Source: Wallemia ichthyophaga EXF-994
Taxonomy: Eukaryota; Fungi; Basidiomycota
Assembly (NCBI RefSeq): GCF_000400465.1
Contig: NW_008806283.1
Span: 60,001-122,000 of the forward strand
Direction: 5' to 3'
DNA length: 62,000 nt
Below, in pieces: positions 11,019 to 23,402 of this stretch. Both the position numbers and the translations under genes were made by a program. Under the pieces are notes generated by a model, which was not told where the DNA came from, made no database searches, and was given only the letters and a program-made list of their open reading frames with translations. Numbering within the stretch: position 1 is the first letter of the stretch; every line of letters starts with the position of its first letter.

Positions 11019-11692
11019 TGAGGCAATCTGGGTGTAGGTGGGTGATCGCTCTTGATGGTTCTTGGTCAAGTGTACAAATAATTGTTTGGGGGCTGAATTT
11101 CGAGGCTATGGGTAGCTAGTAAGGCTTGCAGTAATCGCAAACTTCTAAAATCCTTACATCTCCACTTTCTCACCCGATTCGGCGCCGTTTTCAACTGCTC
11201 GGAGGTCGGACGAGCATGACGAAATCGTACTGAATATAGACACATAAACAAACACACAAATATACAAAATACTTATACAGACTTGCAAACTCTATGCCGT
11301 TTTCATACTTCGGTAGCACTTGCTGATATCGTTCGGATTTGTGGAGGTGTTCGAGTGGAGTACGTTGAGTCGTTGGATCTTGTTTAGTCGACTGCACGGG
11401 AGGCTGGAGAGTGAAATTAATGCACACACACATACACAGCACGCAGCATACAGTACAAGAAAAGTGTAGCAAAAAAATCATGTATACGAGTAAGTTTAGG
11501 TTTAAGTGCAACTTTCAGTGCAAGTCTGTCCCTCCTCCTGAAGAACTGAGCTTGCAAATGCCAAACAGAGTTGAGTGAGAGAGAAAATGGCAGCGTCCGA
11601 GATTTGTACAGATGAAAACGAGGCGATGAGCTGATGAACTGCTGAGAAGAGCAGAGAGAATGAAAAGAATCTAATAAAATCACAACACCACT

Positions 11693-12931
11693 CTACTGCG
11701 TTGGATTGTAATACGCCATTGTAGCGTTCCCCGCGTTAGGATCGGTTGGGTTAGAATTGGCGACGATATCGTCCGTGGCGAGCGCGAGCAGGCGAGACTG
11801 AAGACTCCCTGCATCCATATCGCCTTCGTTGCTAATAAGGGTAGCGAGCAACCCGCTCACGATAGGTGCCGACATGCTACTACCGCTGAGGTAGAGGGTA
11901 GCCTGATCGTCTGCGTTACCCGCCGACAGAATATCGACACCAGGAGCGTAAAGACCGACGCAATCCCCATAGCTCGAGAACGGAGCACGAGTGTCGTCGA
12001 TATTGGACGCTGCCACCGTGATAGCGGAGCTGACTCTGGCTGGCGACGAAGCGCAAGCGTCTTCATTATAATTACCAGAAGCAACTACGAAATGAACTCC
12101 GGCGGCAGTAGCGCTGCTTACGATGCTATCCATAGCATTGCTCGCAGGGCCTCCAAGACTGAGAGAAGCAATGCTAGGTCTGTCAGAGTTCTTAGCAGCA
12201 TTTGCCGCCCAATTAACACCAGCGAGTACATCACTCGCCTTGCCTTGCCCATCAGCGTTGAGAACCTTGACGCTGATCAGCGACGCTTCTTTCGCCGTCC
12301 CGTAGGTGGCACCGCCGATGAGGGCGGCGACGTGCGTACCGTGGTGCACCTGGTCCGTGCCATCGCCTGATGTGCCGTTGTAGCCATAAGATGCGCGGCC
12401 GCCGAATTCGGTGTGCGATGTACGGATGCCTGTGTCGATCACATACACATCCACTCCAGCTCCCGCGCCAGTCCAGCTGTATGTGTAGTCTTGCGCATGG
12501 GGCGACGCATCCGCTGGCAGTGCATTGCGCTGGTTTACCCGCTGCAGATTCCACGTCGCATCGCTCTGCGTCGCGTACGCTTCAACTGGCACATCCTCCT
12601 CCATGTCGGCTATGTCTGCGAGGAGGGTGTCGAATAGGTTGCCGAGCAGCTGCAAAGGTGTGTTAGAATTTTTCTGTAGTGCGCAGCAATTTCAACTCAC
12701 CCCACTTCCCATAGACAGGGCGTAGCCGTTGAAAAAACCATCGTACTTGTGGTTGATGGTGCTGTGCTCTCCGAGTAGCCCCTCGAGCATGCTATAGTGG
12801 GCATTTTGGTCGGTGTCTTCTTTGAAACTCATTATGTAGTTCCCTTCACTCACTCCTCCGCCAAGGCTCAGGCTGTCGAGAAGACTGGCACTGGCAGCGG
12901 CTGCGAGTGTGAGGATGAATGGAATGCGCAT
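11693..12931 (-). CDS. Secreted subtilisin-like serine protease (S8, proteinase K type) with I9 propeptide
   Basis: Signal peptide MRIPFILTLAAAASA, propeptide (YIMSFKE..HKYDGFFNGYA), one intron, and catalytic motifs VYVIDTG, HGTHVA, SGSSMSAP. Confidence 0.93.
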
Positions 12932-13195
12932 CGGTTGTTTCTGATGTTTTGAAGGGAGTAATGGAAGCAATGGGAGCAATACGAGCAATATCAGTAATTC
13001 AATTAAACCGCAGTGCAATTTAACCGAACCAGCCGTCACGTCACGTATTAATTTTATCCTTATTGGGAAAGTGATATGCATAATAAATAAGGCGTGAGCA
13101 GCGCTAGATGTTTCCAAGCGTGATTTGGAGGTATCCTATATGGTGCTGCGGAAACAGGAAAAACTTCACTACAATGCTTGCAAAGACAACAATTC

Positions 13196-13572
13196 TCACA
13201 CAGTCGAACCGAGACCCACGATTCCCATTGGTACCGCAAACCCCTTGGCTTGGCCACTGCCCTGGATTTGTCTCTTCTGACGGTATTGATCATGTTGTGC
13301 GCCAGGAGCATCCATCCAGCTATGAGGGACGGGCGCACCATTAGTTCCGGATGCTCCCGATACCTCCGACTTTCCAAACAACTTCTTCAATTTGAGTATA
13401 AATTTGCTCGGTTTCTTCCAAGTAGTCGTTGGTGGATCGACGTTGTCTTAATATTTCCCTCAAGTCAGAAACGAAACATCAACACAAAAACACACCTACA
13501 ATTAACGTAATAGTATCGATTAGTAGTGTAGTCAAATAATTTATTCCATCCAGCGGGCAGTGAAGGTGACAT
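13196..13572 (-). CDS. Small WW-domain protein (~108 aa)
   Basis: ATG 13572; exon 1 MSPSLPAGWNKLFDYTTNRYYYVN; phase-1 intron GTAGGT..CTGAC..AAG; exon 2 YNVDPPTTTWKKP... to TGA 13196. The WW signature W..YYV....TTW..P is complete only after splicing. Confidence 0.8.
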
Positions 13573-13585
13573 TAGCGGTGTTGAA

Positions 13586-15325
13586 TTATACGAGAGAAGA
13601 TGAACGTTCGGTGATGACGAAAGGTTCTGGTGAGATGGGCGAGTTGACGCCTGAGGTGTAATCGAAGAAGGTGGTGTTGGTGTTATTATGACCGCTGAGA
13701 TCCAGTCTCGGTGGGACATGCACACCTCTCCTGACTTCCTCCGCCAGCAGCAGAGTCTCTTCCGTAGAATCAGGCTGCTTGTTGTAACGCGGTGGGCCTT
13801 CCTCATCCTCCACCTGCGTCCCTTCGTCCGTGTACAGCTGGCTATATGCGGGCAACTGTGAGGGTGGAAGGAGACCTTTGCTTTTGAGTAGAGCCAAGCG
13901 CTGCGCTTGCACTTCGAGCATGCTATCGTTCGAGCGTCTGCTGAACCACACCGGTATGGTAATGTCAATGCTCTCCCCCCGCCATTCACCGTCTCCGGGA
14001 ATCTTGCGCACAATATTGAGTATAAGCCGCAGCGCGTGTCTTATTTTTACATACGGCGTCTCGCAGTCAGGGTAAGGGGATGAGGTGGCAGCGTGTGAGT
14101 GTGAATGTGGGTGCTTGTCCGAGTCAGTTTCAGTGTTGTTGTGTAGCTCCTGACCCTTTGTCTGACCTCCCTCACGCTCCCCCTTGGTGGGCATGGGCAA
14201 GGTGAGGGCGATGCGTGCGGTGAGCTTCCCCCCAATATCTACGCCCTCCTCACCGAACGTATGCGTCGCAAAAGCCGCTGTGGCAGGCGGGGGACCTACG
14301 CCACGTGCGACTAGGCGTGAGCGCGTGTAGGATGTGGGGACACTGCTTATCCCAAGCGTGTTAGCTATATCGCTCAGCGCGTGTTCCTGGTATGCGTGAG
14401 CAAACGGGATGAGTGGGTATTGCGGTGGTTGGCATTGTGGGAGCGGGTATGTGGCTAGATAGCGTTGACGTGGTTCTGAAGTGTAGTGTATCTCCTCGAT
14501 GCAGCCAAGTTGGAGACTTTCGAGACGCGCCTGTGTCGCGTGACCATTTCCATTTCCATTTCCACCTGCATTGCGCCTGCTCCCATTATCACCGCTTTCA
14601 CAATTATCGCCCTCCTCATCACTCACAAGCCCCGTAAATATATCCAACTTGAGCTCGTCGTCGTCGGTGAAATACCACATGGGCGTCTTGATCCCAATAC
14701 GCACGGGTTTGAAGTCGCGTGTGTCGTGTGTGGGGCATTGCGACTTTATGTTGTGCACGCGTGAGCGGAGGTGCTGATTGCGGTGGCGGCTGATGAATAT
14801 CTCACACTCAGGCGCGAGCACAGTGTGTTTCTTGATGGAGTTGTTGAGAGGCCAGAGGAGCGAGTTGCGTTTGTTCTCAGCAGCTTCAACGGTGGACTCC
14901 ATCTTTGCGAATAAGGAGTAAGAGGTACGTGAGGATGGCAGGGACATACTTGGTGGCAGCCAGCCATTCAAACGTAGATCAAAGACGACAGAAACGTTGA
15001 TTGGGTGTTCTGAGTCATTCTCGAAAGTGGAAGGCTCGCTGCCCCGCTTAATGATCTGGTCAGAATTGTGAGCTAGGCGGTGAGAACTGAGTCTGCCTTC
15101 AGCATCGCTGTACTGGGAGCAGCCTTGGAAGGTGACAGAGAGCGAGTGTATCCGGAGCTTCTTGCGCTGTAGAGGAGGGATAGAAATGATTATATTGCCA
15201 GAAAGGCTGTACTGCGAGCACGTTCTGGTGGTTCCATGCATGCTGATATGATTCGAATCAGGGATGAGGCTGATATTCATGTTGGGTGGATTGCTTGGGT
15301 TGTTATAATACGAGAACTCATACAT
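13586..15325 (-). CDS. Arrestin-like adaptor with C-terminal PY motifs
   Basis: 579-aa ORF with arrestin N-domain-like strands (SLSGNIIISIP, IHSLSVTFQG, FDLRLNGWLPPS..SYSL), VKIRHALRL, and C-terminal LPAY and PPRY motifs. Confidence 0.72.
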   Translation of the reverse strand: MYEFSYYNNPSNPPNMNISLIPDSNHISMHGTTRTCSQYSLSGNIIISIPPLQRKKLRIHSLSVTFQGCSQYSDAEGRLSSHRLAHNSDQIIKRGSEPSTFENDSEHPINVSVVFDLRLNGWLPPSMSLPSSRTSYSLFAKMESTVEAAENKRNSLLWPLNNSIKKHTVLAPECEIFISRHRNQHLRSRVHNIKSQCPTHDTRDFKPVRIGIKTPMWYFTDDDELKLDIFTGLVSDEEGDNCESGDNGSRRNAGGNGNGNGHATQARLESLQLGCIEEIHYTSEPRQRYLATYPLPQCQPPQYPLIPFAHAYQEHALSDIANTLGISSVPTSYTRSRLVARGVGPPPATAAFATHTFGEEGVDIGGKLTARIALTLPMPTKGEREGGQTKGQELHNNTETDSDKHPHSHSHAATSSPYPDCETPYVKIRHALRLILNIVRKIPGDGEWRGESIDITIPVWFSRRSNDSMLEVQAQRLALLKSKGLLPPSQLPAYSQLYTDEGTQVEDEEGPPRYNKQPDSTEETLLLAEEVRRGVHVPPRLDLSGHNNTNTTFFDYTSGVNSPISPEPFVITERSSSLV

Positions 15326-15556
15326 AAGATAAATAAATCAGCCAAGCGCGTGCTGACAGCTATGCACGCGTCGACAGCCCATACGTACGTCAACCAATCT
15401 CCGCGTTGACAGCGAGATTGGAATTTAAAATAACAGTGTACAATACACATACGATTTATTTGAGTGAAATAATTTTCATTTTCAGAGCCACAGCCATGGC
15501 CCTATTAGCGTGTCTCTCACCCACTCAGCCAACACAAAAAAACTCAAACAAACGCA

Positions 15557-16291
<735 letters not shown>

Positions 16292-16413
16292 GTTAAATAC
16301 ACTTTATACCCTCTTTTCTTTCCATTCTCACAAATTTTCACAATATTCAATCTTTTAATCTTTTTTTGTTAAATGATTACATTCTAATATTCTTATTTAA
16401 CACATTATAAAGC

Positions 16414-16707
16414 CTACACGGCTCTTTCTTTCGCTGACATGGCCTGGATTACATGTTAGCTGGTCATAGCTACCGTAAGACAACCCACCTCCATCTTCTC
16501 TCTCTCCTTTCTATTGTGATCCACTTTCCTCTTAAGATCTGGCGACAGCTTGTTGTACAGCTCCTCGTCGCTCGGCGTGAGTCCAACCATCAATCCATAT
16601 CCACTTCCCATGACTTTTGGCAATAAGCAACAAACACACAGCACACAGCTTACCCACTCACTCACGCTACTCCAGAATGCCCAACGTCCCCAAGCTATTT
16701 TAACCAT
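16414..16707 (-). CDS. CBP4: Cytochrome bc1 assembly factor Cbp4-like
   Basis: Small 3-exon gene: MVKIAWGRWAFW..MGSGYGLMVGLTPSDEELYNKLSPDLKRKVD..; TM followed by TPxxEEL..LSPDL is typical of fungal Cbp4. Confidence 0.7.
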
Positions 16708-16752
16708 TTGAGCGTATCAGATGAGGGTAATTTGTACACGCTATCAAATCAT

Positions 16753-17577
16753 TTATCTTGTTTGTACCTTTGCAAGCTCAACGATTGCAGCTCTAGCGAC
16801 AATATGGTCAAGTAAGCCACTTGGGAGGCCAGAGATGGATACTGCCCCAATTGGTCCAGCCACTCCCTTGATATTGATGGGAAATGAACCACCATCTGCG
16901 CTGAAAGACGGGAACTTATTCTCTGTAAATGCATTCATTGTATTCGTCGCCTTCACTTTCATCTTCTCCTGCGACTCCTTAATACGCAAATTGCGCATGA
17001 CAACACGCCCAGTTGGCCCATCTTCAAACACCACCGATGGGAAAACCGCAGAAATGAGATCTTGCAGCTCCTTCCTCGTCATGACTTTAACGCCTGTAAA
17101 ATTCATAAACTGCTGGTACGCCTCGACAAATTCAGTGAGGGGTACTGCGCTGTCACCGTTGAGATCCTCGCACAGAAGCGCATTGAGATACTCAGTGCTA
17201 CGTGCTGGTTCCGAGTTTATCCCTCTTATCACTCCAATTTCCCCATCGGGAAGTGTGTACCTTCCAACGGCGTGGTGCTTCGCTATCAGCGCTTGTCCGT
17301 AGAGATAAGACGACTGGTGGTATTTCTTGCTGATTGCAAGCTTGCCATTCAGCCAATCGTAGTTGGCTGGCGTCACCTCACCGAGAACCCCAGAAGCCAA
17401 CTCTATCCCGTTGAACAAACGCACCGCAAACACTATCCCACTCCCCTCAAAGTTGAAACTGCGGATCGTGTCGGCGATGAACCACGCATCGACACTGTCG
17501 AATTTGTTCAGCGCTATCTTGTCATCTGCTTTCAGTTGCGCGAGTGTTGGGTTGTATTGCTGCTGCTTTACATTCAT
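16753..17577 (-). CDS. UPF0303/heme-degrading (GlcG/HbpS-like) fold protein with an internal ~113-aa insertion
   Basis: Intronless 274-aa ORF. FDSVDAWFI, NYDWLNGK, SSYLYG, RYTLPD and GGSFPI..IGAVSISGLP..DH match the UPF0303 pattern, but residues ~112-224 are an extra segment. Confidence 0.75.
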   Translation of the reverse strand: MNVKQQQYNPTLAQLKADDKIALNKFDSVDAWFIADTIRSFNFEGSGIVFAVRLFNGIELASGVLGEVTPANYDWLNGKLAISKKYHQSSYLYGQALIAKHHAVGRYTLPDGEIGVIRGINSEPARSTEYLNALLCEDLNGDSAVPLTEFVEAYQQFMNFTGVKVMTRKELQDLISAVFPSVVFEDGPTGRVVMRNLRIKESQEKMKVKATNTMNAFTENKFPSFSADGGSFPINIKGVAGPIGAVSISGLPSGLLDHIVARAAIVELAKVQTR

Positions 17578-17756
17578 TGCTGTGGAAAGTGAGTGTGTGG
17601 AGTGATGCGTCTTCTGAGTTTGTGTGTGAGTGTGCGTTATGAACAGGTGATGTGGGCACGTCCACCACTACTGATAAGCTATCGTTACCCGAGCAACCCG
17701 ACGAGTGAACCCAACTTAGAAAAAATAAATGAATATCAATTGGCTAACAAAAGTCC

Positions 17757-20700
17757 TTAGTTGTAAACTTGTAATGGATGTAAATGATCGGCATTAAAGA
17801 GGAAATTACCAGACATGTCCTCGGCTATTTGTAATCTCGTTAGCACACATATAATATCTTTATTATCCACTCACTCTCTAAAAACTTGGTAGGGTACACC
17901 ACCAAATTCCCCTTGAGCCGATTAAGCAGCTTCTCCATTGCGTCGATTTCACTCCTCGTATACCCTCCAGATTCAGCCGTCATACTTCCATTACGCATAT
18001 TTCTCCGGCTTCTCTGTGGCTTTTGCGCATGTGTATCGTCTTCCCCATTACTCCCACTACCCGCACTCGTCATCCCATTCAAATACTTAGAAGACGTCCC
18101 GCTGTTTGACCTCTCCATACTCTCCTCCACGATCGGCTTCTTGTGTTTCTCAGCCATCATGCTGAAGTTCTTGAACTGCCTCCAAGTAGTCACCGTATCA
18201 TCTGGCGTGCAATGGAACACTTTGCGATAGATTTCCGTGTTATATATCGCTGAAGCTATCCAAATGTCCTCAAAGAATTCCTCCGAACACGGATCCACAA
18301 AACTATCCTTATCGAAATCTGGTCCTAGGAATGGCATAGAATAGGTATTGCCTCTTGTCAGTGCCTGCGTCGATCTCCTACTGCGGCGCTCGTTCGTTAT
18401 CGCCGAACTAGTAGTACTGAATCCTCTCGACCGAGTCCGCCTCTCAAGGTTACTGCCACCGCTCTTGTCAGCCGCAGATACAGCCTCCCCATTCTCACGT
18501 TTATCCGCTTGGTCCTGCTCCACCTTTTTCGCTATACTCCCATCTTCCGCCATCTCCCCCTTGATTTCGTGATAAGACTTTTTTAGCGCACTCTGCAACC
18601 TGTCTATTGGATCAGTTATTTGCAGATCCTCTGCTGCTACATTAGTAGGGTGTCTGTCGTCCTTTGTATGCACGTGGTCGTGCTCAGGCGCCCAGTAATT
18701 AGTTCCTTCAGTATTTGCGATCCCTGGCGTGTTAGGATCGGTTGGTCCAGCTGGGGGTGCTGAATTTGTTGATTCAGCTGCTGCTGCTTCTGCTGCTCTC
18801 CCCTTAGCCATCTGCTCATTCATATGAAGGTCGTCGACATCAATACCGAGATGCTCTCTCATCAATCTTATTCTCAAAGTGTGATTAAATCTCCCAACTT
18901 TGTACGGTCTGCCAGCCATCTCTGAATCTATCATATCAGTGTCGCGGATAATGGAAGCTAACTCCGAATCTCTGTCACCGCGCTGACTGCGCTCGTTGAT
19001 ATTTGCACTTCCTATTATTGTCAATCGATCATCGACAGTCATCGTCTTGGCGTGAATGTAAAGAATCTCCGAAGTGAGGTTACCTGATTTGAATTTACCC
19101 CAGTTGCGCAAACTGAAGAAGGTTATGTAGTCGTCAGGATCAATACCCTCCTTGCGAAGTCTAGCAAAGATCGATTGTGCACCGCGACAGATGGATCTGT
19201 TCTGACAGTCAACGATCAGTCTTACAGATGAAGCTGCAGGGTTGTCTACCGACTGGGAATAGCCTGGCATGAGAGGAATAATGATACAGGCCCTCCACGT
19301 TGTGTTCTCGCGATGTGCGCGAATGATGCGGTTCACTAAAGCATCCCCAATCTGATTCTCAATCACTGTAGTATCCACAATGGTGGATGTAACAAAGAAT
19401 TGATTTTCGATATAGACAAAGTGTTCACTTTTCTGTATCGCCTTGACGTAGGCATTTTGAATCGAGTGCTCGATCTTATCAGGTGTTCCAATCGACCATG
19501 GTCCACAAGAGCGACATATTTGCATCTCGAGTGTACCATTCATCTTTTGCATTTCGAGATCACGGTTGCTGAGGTCGTTTGGTGGTAACAGGAAGGGAAG
19601 CTCGCGACTGTGGTGCTTTGTTCGCAAAAGATAGTTCCAGCGCTGAATGAAGTGGCGCGAAAGATCACGCGCTGGTTGACCAATAAGCTGCAAGCCCACA
19701 TCATGCCATGGCATGCGAGGCGTAGTGCTTCTATCGAACATATCCTCGTATGGCTTGTTGAGGTCGCGGAAATCAGATACACCTGGTATTGAAATAAGTT
19801 TGACATCAACACCATTTACTTTTCAACTTACGTGCATTCGAGTAGTCTTTTCCTGGCCAGATATATTCATCTCCGTTTTCACCTCCCTCATCGACACAAA
19901 TGTGCTGTGGAGTGTCCCATCTACCGAAACAAAGATCTAAGCCACCCATAAATACCATTGTCTGATCAACTACACATAGCTTTTCGTGGTGCGAGAAGTA
20001 CAATACACCTGTGGTGATATGTGAAGGAGATCTCTGAACCATGATGTTCTCATTCAACGAACGCAGTTTTTGTTTCGTGTAGTTTGAGTCGATAGGCGTA
20101 AACTCATTTGAGACTTCTCTATACACAATAACGTAAATTTTGACGCCTTCTGCTGCTTTCCTTTGAAGGAGATTTGTAAGGGTCCATTTAGGATGACCTG
20201 GCCTGCGCAGCTGCAGCTCAGGCGATAACCACCAATCGTGAATATATATACTTTCCCGGGCTAATGAAACTGCACGAGACAGCTGCCAGAAGTAGTCGCG
20301 TCCATCAATAAGCCATTGTGCACTGACGTTGAGACGAACTGGTGCGAATGAGTCAAATCTGTGAATCTTTGACCATAGTGTGTTATTTTTCATCATCATC
20401 ATGCTCTGGATAAACTGTTCCATTTGTCTTTCGTTTTTTGCTACGAGCTTCATCCTTCTTTCTGCATTGCGGATATAGAATGTGTGTGTTGAGGTATCTT
20501 TAGTCTTGCTCTTTTTCACTTCATTTGAGACGGCGAATTGAGGGTCAGAATCAACGGCATGCTCATTTATATTCTGCTGCTGCTGCTGCTCCAATCTAGC
20601 TTCCTCAACACTATCGTCACGATCATGTTCTTGTGAGCTTGATGGACGTGTTTCAGTGCTCTTCATCGTATCTAACCTGGAATCCTTAGGTTGAGAAACT

Positions 20701-22325
20701 TGGCGTGAGTGAGAGTGACTGTGCAAGTGAGGATGATGGTGCTGAAGGAATGCCTCACCCTCGATAAATGGCGCTCTAATTGCATTAGCTGTTTGTCTGT
20801 AGTATCTTTTTGGCCTTTCGATGGAAAAGTCACTATCAATCAAGAAGACGTCATAAACACTTATTGAATGGGCATCCTCGACGCATACCAAGTAGTCGTC
20901 TCTGACAATCCACCACTTTGGTTCACGCAACTTCTTAATGCTTATCGCCGAAACAATCGATGGTTGTGCAGAGAGTCTACCGCAGTTATTTGACATGATG
21001 CGCAGGTAACCGGCTTTACCTTGACTACCGCCATTCTGGATCAAGCAGACTGTAAGTGCTGAGAACTCAAAGAATCTACAAATGCGGTTGGCGGAGGATG
21101 AGAACATTGTGGCACGGATAAGGTCAATGAGGTAGTTTTGTAATGAATCTCTTTGCATTCTAGCGAAATCCGACTTGGAGAGTTCTTTACCTTTGAGTCT
21201 GCCCTCCCTTTTGAGTAAGTTAAAGTAGGGTAAGCTTGTTTTTGGGAATTCTGGTAAGCCATCCATCGCTCTTCTGACTGAGGCGACGCGGAAGTGGGTA
21301 TGTAGACTAACAAAGTCACGTAGTTCGCGATAAATGGTCCATCTTAGGTTGGAATCACCGTACTGACACTGATAAAGGATGTGAGATGTGTAAATAGGGT
21401 AATTCTTCAAATTAGCGCACCTCAATTCTAAACATAGCGTGAGTGTTGGAGAGTGGATGAACACTATCGCTGACTCTAATTTTTAAGTGATGGAGAAATA
21501 CAGGTATACGTGGAGAGTGATGCTCATCGCGATCGAGAGCCATTTTGAGCATCACAGCGGGTAACATACCATACATGCACTCAGTGACCAAGTCAACTTC
21601 AGCGCCAGTACGTGGTTGTATAGATTTATGACCAATGATCTTTGATTTGATAGCAGCCCAACGGTGCTTACCAGATTTATCATTCTTGTCGTTGTAAGAA
21701 GACCTCCTTGATATCTGGGTGGTAGCATTCTGAAGGCGTGGATAATCTGAGCTGTTTTCCTTCTTTTTCTGGACAGTGTCATCCTGAGACATTGACCTAA
21801 CTTGTGCTTTGTTTTTTTTCTTTTTTGCGGGTTTTGGGGAGGGATCTTCATCCTCCCACTCGCTGGAAGACTCTAAACCGATAGAGGAAGAGCGTGACTG
21901 CTGTGCTGAGTAAACGCCTTTCATTTCATTCTGATTTGGAGCGAACTTTTTAGCGAAAGGGTCGTCTTCTTTACCCGCGAGAGAAGTGGGAGTATCAGGC
22001 ATATTAAGCAAAAGTCTAGCGCGTGGGTTTGGATGCTGCGAGGTGCCTGCGTATGAGCTCATTGAGAGCGTAGGCGAGGGACGTGAGGAGGAAGGACGCG
22101 AGTGTTTTGTAGATTTCATCGGATCCTTTGTATCTAGTGGGGGAAGCGGGGGTGACAGCTTTCCAGAGGACAGCTTCTCTGGCTCTTCGTGTCTGTGGAG
22201 TGTGAGCCCGTCATCGTGCAAATCCACGAGAGCTCAACCCACAACGGCAATTGTGTGAGAGTGTTGTCTCTATCATCAATCTGCGTCTTCTGAAGCTCCA
22301 GCGTTAAGTCCGCAAGCTTGGTCAT
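17757..22325 (-). CDS. SPO14: Phospholipase D1 (PX-PH-HKD-HKD)
   Basis: Two HKD motifs (HHEKLCVVD; IHAKTMTVDD..IGSANINERS), PX region WTIYRELRDFVSLH, and C-terminal FLFNADHLHPLQVYN* after the last intron. The first intron GTGGGT..CTCAC..CAG joins ATG 22325 in frame. Confidence 0.96.
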
Positions 22326-22390
22326 CGCCGTGAGTGATCAAGACGCAACCCGCTCTGGGACGCACCACCACGCGCCACCAAGCCATTTGA

Positions 22391-23310
22391 ATGAGAAAAT
22401 TACTTAAATACGATGAAATACCCGCGTGGATAAAGGACAATCAGTTTATTACGCACGGATATCGCCCTGTCTCCCATTCCATCCGCAATTCACTCTCATC
22501 GATATTCGATAGCATTCACAACGAATCTGGTGGGAATAATTACATGGCAATTACTCCATCTAACTCCTACGGCTAGTGAACATACACTCACACCTTTGGG
22601 GTGCTGCTTTCTTCGTGTTTTGCTTGTTTGCCTTGTCAACCGATACGAAACACCAAAACTATTCGTGGAAAGACTACGTGGGGTTCTCCACTTTCATCTT
22701 ATCCGCAATCACCTGCCTCTCTTTCTCCTTTCTCTACCACACTTTCTCTAACCACTCAAAAACACTCGCAAACACTTGGCACGCTTTAGATTACGCTGGT
22801 ATATGCATCCTCATAGCCGGCAGCTTCATCCCTTCCATCTATTACGGCTTCTATTGCTCCCCTACATCCCAGCTCCTCTACATGGCTGCTATGCTCATCG
22901 CTTCCTCTGTCGCTCTCTACATTGTTCTCCACCCCCATTACCGCAGACCTTCTTTCAGGAAGGCGCGCACTAGTGTTTTTATAGCTCTTGGCCTATCCTC
23001 TATCCTCCCTATTGTCCATGCCCTTTACATGGACGGCCTCGACGTCCTCCGTCGAACTATAGCCCTTGACTACGTCCTCGCTTCTGGCAGCATGTACATC
23101 ATCGGCGCTCTCATCTACGCTGCTCGCTTTCCAGAGGCTTATTTCACTCATCGCAACTTCTCTTACTACGGCGCTTCTCATCAGATCTTCCACCTCTTTG
23201 TCGTCGCTGCGGCTGTGTGCCACTACTTTTCCATCCTTTCCTCGCAGTCCTTTTACAGCGACCCCGAGTTCGATTACTGTTCCAGGTATGTACACAACTG
23301 GCAAATGTAA
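22391..23310 (+). CDS. PAQR/hemolysin-III family membrane protein (IZH-like)
   Basis: IPAWIKDNQFITHGYRP, HNES|VNIHSHL, LDYAGI, SHQIFHLFVVAAAVCH; 7 TM segments; one intron. Confidence 0.92.
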
Positions 23311-23402
23311 TTCATACACCTACGCATGAAATGTGGATTATTTACAAAACAAAAAGAAAAAAAAAGAAAAAAAGGAATTCATTTTATGTACAAGGTATCA
23401 TT

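Noticed and set aside
11693-12931. The subtilisin as the dedicated processing enzyme of the KR-repeat precursors
   Set aside because: It is proteinase K-type, without the P-domain or TM anchor of kexins, and lies 10 kb away beyond unrelated genes.
16906-17244. The insert in the UPF0303-like gene as an intein or retained intron
   Set aside because: No Cys/Ser start with His-Asn end, no convincing splice or branch signals, and it is far longer than local introns.
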